Shown piece after piece: positions 58,581 to 64,000 of a stretch of DNA of 64,000 nt. The notes under the pieces are model-generated. The model did not search any database and was not told where the DNA came from. It saw only the letters and a list, made by a program, of their open reading frames with translations. Source of the DNA: an uncultured Arcobacter sp. (GTDB lineage Bacteria > Campylobacterota > Campylobacteria > Campylobacterales > Arcobacteraceae); the NCBI GenBank assembly GCA_965140705.1, contig OZ223300.1:800001-864000 (forward strand). Direction: 5' to 3'. Every line of letters starts with the position of its first letter. The stretch's first letter is position 1. Position numbers and translations under genes: made by a program.

Positions 58581-60129
58581 AATGGATTATAAATCTATAA
58601 AAGTACACAATATTGGTGGACTACTTTCTAAAACTTTTCTTCATAATCCTTTAACTCCTATAATTGCAGTTTTTATTTTGCTATTAGGGTATATGGCACT
58701 TACTTTTATGCCAAGGGAAGAAAATCCACAAATGATTGTTTCTGGTGGAAATATTATTGTTTCATTACCTGGTGCAACACCCCAAGAAGTCGAAAATGTT
58801 ATTGTAAAACCAATTGAGAGAAAAATGAAAGAGGTTTTAGGAGTAGAGCATATTCAAGGAATAGCAAGAGCAGATGTGGGAATTGTAAATGTTATGTTTT
58901 ATATTGGTGAAGATAAAGAACAATCAAATCTTAAAATGTATGACAAGATGATGCAAAACTTAGATATCTTGCCAAGGGGAGCTAGTCAACCTTTGATTAA
59001 GCCACTTGATATTGATACAGATATACCTATTTATTCTATTGCTTTTTATTCTAAGGATAATAAAATTAGTCAAGCTAATTTATATGAAAAAGTAAAACAG
59101 CTACAACAAAAATTTAACTCTATAGAAAATATAGCACAAGCTAATATTATTGGTGGACATAAAAAACAATTTAATGTTATTCTTGATACTAATAAACTTA
59201 ATCGATACAATTTAACAATAAATGATGTAAAACAAGCACTTAATGCAGTTGTAATTAATGCTCCTGAATTAAAAAAAGCTAGGGGAAATGAGATAAGAAT
59301 TGGAAGTATAAAAAATGTACTTCAATCTATAAATGATGTTCAAAATATAATTATTCCCACACCTAATAGAATTGTATATTTAAAAGATATTGCAACTATA
59401 AGTGATGGAGTTGACTTTCAAAACTATAAAAAAGCAGAGATTAATTTAAAAGATAAAAATCTTTATCCTCAAGTTACTTTAACTCTATCTAAATTAAAAG
59501 GATCAAATGCCGTTGTTATAGCAGATGAAGTGACTGAAAGATTATCTCAAATGAGAAGTGAATTAAAAAAAGAGGGAATAAATTATACTATTACTAGAAA
59601 TGATGGTGAAAGAGCCAATGATGCGGTAACTGAACTTATGTTTCACCTTTTGATTTCAGTTGTTATTATTATTTTGTTATTGATATTTGTCCTTGGTTGG
59701 AAAGAAGCGATGATTGTAACTTTTACAATTCCAGCAATTTTTGCAATAACACTTTTTGTTGCATATTTAGGTGATCAAACAATAAATAGAATTACTCTAT
59801 TTGCTTTTCTTTTATCCCTTGGACTTTTGGTTGATGATGCTATTGTTGTGGTAGAAAATATTCATAGACATTTTCATAAAGAAGATAGTAAAGATAAAAC
59901 AAATGAAGAGATTATGGTAGAAGCAACTGATGAGATTGGAGCTTCTACAAATATAGCAACTATAGCAATTATTCTAACAATGGTACCTATGGCATTTGTA
60001 GGGCAAATGATGGGACAATTTATGAGACCAATTCCTCTAAATGTACCAGTAGCAATGGCTGCTTCACTTATAATAGCATATATATTTACCCCATATTTTG
60101 CAAATAAAATATTAAAAAGAGGAAAATAA
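58573..60129 (+). CDS. RND permease, N-terminal half (TM1-6)
   Basis: PREENPQ, PGATPQEVE...PIE and LGLLVDDAIVVVENI motifs; the true start may be the ATG at 58582. Confidence 0.9.
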   Translation: MNKMDYKSIKVHNIGGLLSKTFLHNPLTPIIAVFILLLGYMALTFMPREENPQMIVSGGNIIVSLPGATPQEVENVIVKPIERKMKEVLGVEHIQGIARADVGIVNVMFYIGEDKEQSNLKMYDKMMQNLDILPRGASQPLIKPLDIDTDIPIYSIAFYSKDNKISQANLYEKVKQLQQKFNSIENIAQANIIGGHKKQFNVILDTNKLNRYNLTINDVKQALNAVVINAPELKKARGNEIRIGSIKNVLQSINDVQNIIIPTPNRIVYLKDIATISDGVDFQNYKKAEINLKDKNLYPQVTLTLSKLKGSNAVVIADEVTERLSQMRSELKKEGINYTITRNDGERANDAVTELMFHLLISVVIIILLLIFVLGWKEAMIVTFTIPAIFAITLFVAYLGDQTINRITLFAFLLSLGLLVDDAIVVVENIHRHFHKEDSKDKTNEEIMVEATDEIGASTNIATIAIILTMVPMAFVGQMMGQFMRPIPLNVPVAMAASLIIAYIFTPYFANKILKRGK

Positions 60130-61772
60130 TGAATAGTATTAAAAATCTGGTTCATTTATGTATAAAAAATAAAAAAAATAAAACAATAGTACTTTTGGCA
60201 ACTCTATTTGCCTTTTTATTTTCTGTATATTTACTTCCTTTAGAAGTTGTAAAAGCAAAAATGCTTCCAGGAAAAGATTCAAATACTTTTACGGTATATG
60301 TAGATTTACCAACAGGAAGTTCAATCTATCAGACAAAAAAAGTAACTGATGGAGTTGTTAGTGTATTACAAAAAGAAAAAGAAGTTTTAGACTCAGAAGT
60401 TTTTTTAGGAACTTCATCTCCCCTTGATTTTGCAGGACTTGTTAAAATGAGTGGATTAAAAAGTGGAGAAAACTTTGCAGAAATAGTTGTAAATATTTTA
60501 AAAAAGCATGATAGGGAAGAACCTTCATTTCTTATGGCTCAAAGATTAAGAATAGAGATAAATAAAGTTGTTGAAAAAATAAATCCAAAGGCTACTATAA
60601 AAATGGTAGAACCACCAGCTGGTCCTCCTGTATTAGCAGCAATTGTTGCAGAAATTTATGGAGATAATTATAACTCTATAGAGAAACTTGCTAAAAGAGT
60701 AGAAAAAGTCTTTAAAAAAACTGATGGCTTAGTTGATATTGATATTATTGGGGATGATGATTATGAAAAGTATGAGTATATACTTGATTATGAAAAAATA
60801 AAAAGACTTGGAATAAGAGTAAATAGTGTAACAGACCTACTCGAAACAGCATTTAATGGTAAAGTTATAAATACTAAAAACTCATCAAAATATTCTACTC
60901 AAATTGATTTATTTATGAGAACAAAACAAAGAGATTTTGATGTAAATAGTGCTTTATCATCTTTAAAAGTAAAAAGCTCAAATGGTAATTTAGTGCCTTT
61001 AGTAAGTATTGTAAAAGTAAAAAAAGTAAAAAATGAAAAAACAATATATTCAAAAGATTTGAAAACTATGTTAAATGTAGTTGCAGAGACAGACATGGTA
61101 TCTCAAATCTATCCACTACTTGATGCTAGAACTTTTATAAAAGAGAATTTTGGTGATGAATATAAAGTGACAAATGCAAATTTGCTAAACCTTTGGCTTA
61201 CAGATAAAAAGACAGGTGAAAAATTAAAACTTGTTTGGGATGGAGAATTAAAAGTAACATTGGATACTTTTAGGGATTTAGGTGGGGCTTTTATAGCTGC
61301 ACTTGTTCTTATATTTTTACTTATGGTTGTTTATTATAAAAACTTTGCTTTAAGTGGAATTGTATTGTTATCAAGCTTTTTATCAATCATTGGTGTGATT
61401 TTTGGGCATCTATTTGTAGATATAGTTACAACCCACACATTCTTTTTAACAGCAACTTCTCTTATAGGTTTTATTGCTCTAATTGGTATTAGTTCAAGAA
61501 ATGCACTTTTACTAATAGATTTTACAAAACATTTAGTTGCAACTGGGATAGAGAAAAAAGAAGCAATAGCGACATCTGCGTCAATAAGAGCAAAACCAAT
61601 TATTTTGACAGCTGCTTCAATTATCCTAGCTTCTATATTACTTGCAAATGATGCAGTTTTTGGAGGTCTTGGTGTATCTTTAATCTTTGGAACAGTAGCA
61701 GCTGTAATTGCATCAATTTTTGTTGTTCCTGTATTGATTGATAATATTGATGAAAGTGTTTTAAAAGCTTAA
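60129..61772 (+). CDS. RND permease, C-terminal half (TM7-12)
   Basis: LPTGSS, PPAGPP, GFIALIGISSRNALLLIDF and RAKPIILT motifs; TAATG coupling to the upstream half. Confidence 0.9.
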   Translation: MNSIKNLVHLCIKNKKNKTIVLLATLFAFLFSVYLLPLEVVKAKMLPGKDSNTFTVYVDLPTGSSIYQTKKVTDGVVSVLQKEKEVLDSEVFLGTSSPLDFAGLVKMSGLKSGENFAEIVVNILKKHDREEPSFLMAQRLRIEINKVVEKINPKATIKMVEPPAGPPVLAAIVAEIYGDNYNSIEKLAKRVEKVFKKTDGLVDIDIIGDDDYEKYEYILDYEKIKRLGIRVNSVTDLLETAFNGKVINTKNSSKYSTQIDLFMRTKQRDFDVNSALSSLKVKSSNGNLVPLVSIVKVKKVKNEKTIYSKDLKTMLNVVAETDMVSQIYPLLDARTFIKENFGDEYKVTNANLLNLWLTDKKTGEKLKLVWDGELKVTLDTFRDLGGAFIAALVLIFLLMVVYYKNFALSGIVLLSSFLSIIGVIFGHLFVDIVTTHTFFLTATSLIGFIALIGISSRNALLLIDFTKHLVATGIEKKEAIATSASIRAKPIILTAASIILASILLANDAVFGGLGVSLIFGTVAAVIASIFVVPVLIDNIDESVLKA

Positions 61773-61808
61773 AATAACTGAAGAGTATAAATAAGTAATA
61801 GAATTGAT

Positions 61809-62153
61809 TTACTTATTTATCTCTCCATACTCTTCCGCCATTTCATCTCCCCATTTTGATAATTGATAAAAAATTGGTATAAGTTTTTCACCATTTTTTG
61901 TTATTGTATATTCTACTTTTGGTGGTATGACTGGATATACTTTTCTTGAAATAAGGTTATGTTTTTCCAAATCCCTAAGGGTTTGAGTTAACATTTTTTG
62001 TGTAATCTTTCCTAAAATTTTATGAATTTCATTATATCTCATAGTTCCCTTACTAAGATGCCAAAGAACAAGTCCTTTCCACTTCCCAGATACGATATCT
62101 AGGACAAACTCAAATGAACATGTATAATCTTTTTCTTTGTATTTTATCTGCAT
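61809..62153 (-). CDS. HxlR/DUF24 winged-helix regulator
   Basis: N-terminal Cys (YTCS), GKWK, ITQKMLTQTLRDLE and PPKVEYT motifs. Confidence 0.92.
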   Translation of the reverse strand: MQIKYKEKDYTCSFEFVLDIVSGKWKGLVLWHLSKGTMRYNEIHKILGKITQKMLTQTLRDLEKHNLISRKVYPVIPPKVEYTITKNGEKLIPIFYQLSKWGDEMAEEYGEINK

Positions 62154-62175
62154 TAGTATCCTTATGGTATGTATA

Positions 62176-62222
62176 TACCTCTTGAGGTAGTTCTTGACAA
62201 TATAACATATAAAAGTTAAAGT
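62176..62222 (+). promoter_or_regulatory. Putative HxlR operator and sigma70 promoter of the flavin oxidoreductase gene
   Basis: Palindrome TACCTC-TT-GAGGTA at 62176-62189, TTGACA at 62194-62199, 17-bp spacer, TAAAGT at 62217-62222. Confidence 0.55.
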
Positions 62223-62247
62223 TTCGAAAAAATAAAAGGAAATAGTT

Positions 62248-62706
62248 ATGAAAGAAAATTCAATTTTATTCTCTCCTATTACTTTAGGAAATTTAACTTT
62301 AAAAAATCGTATTGCAATGGCACCAATGACAAGAACACAAGCTAAAAATAATATACCAACAGAAGATATGATAAATTATTATGAAAGAAGAGCAAAAGGT
62401 GGCACAGCATTAATTATAAGTGAAGGAACATTTGTAAATCATGAAGTTGCAAATGGTAATTTTGATGCTCCTGCATTTTATGGTGATGCTTTAATTATGT
62501 GGAAAAAACTAGTGGATAAGGTTCACGCTTCTGGGGCAAAAATAATGCCACAATTTTGGCATGCAGGAAATACTAGAAAACTAGGAGTATCTCCAAATGA
62601 AAATATGCAAAGTATTGGTCCTATGGATGAATATATTGAAGGTAAACAAACTGTAAGAGCTATGAGTCAAAATGATATAGATGAAGTAATAAAAGTACTG
62701 TATTAA
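62248..62706 (+). pseudogene. 3'-truncated NADH:flavin oxidoreductase (Old Yellow Enzyme family)
   Basis: LKNRIAMAPMTR, YYERRAKGG, ISEG and QFWHAG are present, but the ORF stops at 152 aa, before the catalytic HGAHGY-type motif; no continuation seen downstream. Confidence 0.8.
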
Positions 62707-62778
62707 AGCTAATGACACACTTGTTAATTTAAGAGCAAAGTAGTTAGAATTTTGCAAAATAAATATTAGGAATATACT

Positions 62779-63084
62779 ATGGTAACATGTTATTTAAATT
62801 ATATAATTGATGCAAATAAAATAAAAGAGTTTGAACATTATGCAAAATTATGGATTCCTTTAGTGAATAAGTTTGGAGGAACACATCATGGATATTTTCT
62901 TCCATCAGAAGGAAAAAACAATGTTGCTTTAGCCTTATTTACATTTTCAAGTTTTGCCACTTATGAAAAATATAGAAATGAATCTTTTGAAGATAAAGAG
63001 TGTATAGCTGCCTTTAAATATGCAGAAGATACAAATTGTATTATAAGTTATGAAAGAAGTTTTTTTAGACCAGTATTTAGTTAA
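62779..63084 (+). CDS. NIPSNAP-family protein
   Basis: FE-x-YA-x-x-W, GGTHHGYFLPSEG, F-x-S-x-A-x-YE-x-YR and ERSF-x-RP motifs. Confidence 0.8.
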   Translation: MVTCYLNYIIDANKIKEFEHYAKLWIPLVNKFGGTHHGYFLPSEGKNNVALALFTFSSFATYEKYRNESFEDKECIAAFKYAEDTNCIISYERSFFRPVFS

Positions 63085-63106
63085 TAAGATAATAAAAAGA
63101 GTTAAA

Positions 63107-63745
63107 ATGAGTAATAAAGTATTTTGGGAAAATCCATATCAGACTGAATTACATACAAGAATAAAATCAATTGGTGATAATAAGGTTGAATTAGAAGAGA
63201 CAATCTTTTATGCTGAATCAGGTGGTCAAGAAAGTGATAAGGGAACAATCAATGGCTTTGAAGTAATTAAGGCAGAGAAATCTGGTAAGTCAATTTTTTA
63301 TACACTTGAATCAGTCTCTAACTTCGTTATTGGACAAGATGTATTAGTTAAAATTGATTGGACTCGACGATATAAACTTATGAAATTACACTTTGCGGCT
63401 GAAGTTGTATTAGAATTATTTTACAAGAGATTTACTAATCTCGAAAAAATAGGTGCCCACATATCTGAAAATAAAAGTCGAATAGATTTTGAATTGAGTG
63501 AAAGCATATCTTCTTTACTTTCTAAAGTTCAAGCAGAAGCACAAAGTTTAATTGATGCAGATTTATTTATTGAAAGTGCTTATTCAGATGAGAAAAACGA
63601 ACGAAGGTATTGGAAAGTTGAAGATTTTGCACAAGTAGCATGTGGAGGTACTCACTTGAAAAAAACATCAGAAGTAGGGCAATTGATTTTAAAAAGAAAA
63701 AATATTGGTAAAGGTAAAGAGAGAGTAGAGATTTATATTAATTAA
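63107..63745 (+). CDS. AlaX-type free-standing alanyl-tRNA editing protein
   Basis: Start moved to MSNKVFWENPY; TIFYAESGGQESDKG, IDWTRR-x-x-LMKLH and ACGGTH motifs. Confidence 0.88.
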   Translation: MSNKVFWENPYQTELHTRIKSIGDNKVELEETIFYAESGGQESDKGTINGFEVIKAEKSGKSIFYTLESVSNFVIGQDVLVKIDWTRRYKLMKLHFAAEVVLELFYKRFTNLEKIGAHISENKSRIDFELSESISSLLSKVQAEAQSLIDADLFIESAYSDEKNERRYWKVEDFAQVACGGTHLKKTSEVGQLILKRKNIGKGKERVEIYIN

Positions 63746-63768
63746 TATAAATTTCTACTCTAACTTTT

Positions 63769-63853
63769 CTCTCATGAATACCTAACGGTTTTCGCTTTTT
63801 CACTTTTTGGTGGCAAAAAGTAAAACCTGTGTTTGCACTCTCTTTGAGAAAAA
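63769..63853 (+). repeat. Truncated third arm of the structured element at 55368-55941
   Basis: CTCTCATGAA-hairpin-TTCGCTTT, ACTTTTTG/CAAAAAGT hairpin, and 21 nt TTGCACTCTCTTTGAGAAAAA (63833-63853) identical to the reverse complement of 55823-55843. Confidence 0.8.
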
Positions 63854-63867
63854 GCCACCAACCATAT

Positions 63868-64000
63868 CAAAGCCCATTGGATTTAATGATTATTGCACTA
63901 TCAAGAAGTTTTATTTCTCTTGTTATTTTTAGTAATACCAATTGCAGAAGCGGTTAATTTTGTGATTGCAAGTGTGTTATTTAGAAAAGTTAGACCAAAA
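63868..64000 (+). pseudogene. Possible remnant of the 3' end of a MATE-family transporter
   Basis: QSPLDLMIIALSRSFI in one frame, then FLVIPIAEAVNFVIASVLFRKVRPK in another, resembling the last helices of MATE exporters with an internal deletion or frameshift. Confidence 0.4.

Noticed and set aside
601..61096. Short ORF-track entries antisense or out of frame to real genes (e.g. 601-801, 1367-1618, 3538-3924, 25943-26269, 31907-32311, 42699-43067, 60899-61096)
   Set aside because: They are shadows of well-supported genes and show no recognisable motifs.
58573..61772. RND permease as a frameshifted pseudogene
   Set aside because: The break is at the domain boundary with an RBS and TAATG coupling, and both halves retain functional motifs.
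63759..63995. 12-bp inverted repeat TCTAACTTTTCT / AGAAAAGTTAGA with GTTAGAC, suggesting an integron attC site after AlaX
   Set aside because: The span of about 236 bp is too long for typical attC, there are no inner L boxes, the left end is not RYYYAAC, no integrase is in view, and the right copy lies in the probable transporter remnant.

Overview
AT-rich chromosomal window from a Campylobacterota bacterium, most likely Arcobacteraceae (inferred from gene content and order, not from a search). It is mostly housekeeping and metabolic DNA. It opens with an acetate module: two ackA copies, pta, an ActP-like symporter with a DUF4212 partner, a DUF294 nucleotidyltransferase plus DEDDh exonuclease, and a Cache-domain two-component system, with cowN and an AraC regulator embedded. 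Next come a duplicated Lys-Glu-Val-Asp tRNA block, mqo, ileS, murE, a MoxR/VWA operon, an SCO + chemoreceptor operon, a fluoroacetate-dehalogenase-like hydrolase, rpsB-tsf-gmk, ccoI-ccoS, hemH, tpx, nnrS, msrPQ, a GMC oxidoreductase, a UvrD helicase, c-di-GMP enzymes and valS. The right end holds a type IV SQR divergent from a split RND pump, then a decaying accessory tail. The most striking unexplained feature is a 574-bp non-coding element between valS and sqr (55368-55941). It consists of two inverted arms that share motif order and secondary structure but have different, self-compensating stems, and a truncated third arm lies at 63769-63853. Other candidates are an SCO copper chaperone coupled to a chemoreceptor with a His-rich membrane domain, and a TGCTA(T/C) direct repeat with 11-bp period shared by the pta, actP and mqo upstream regions. 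Product calls come from motif recognition only; no database searches were run.
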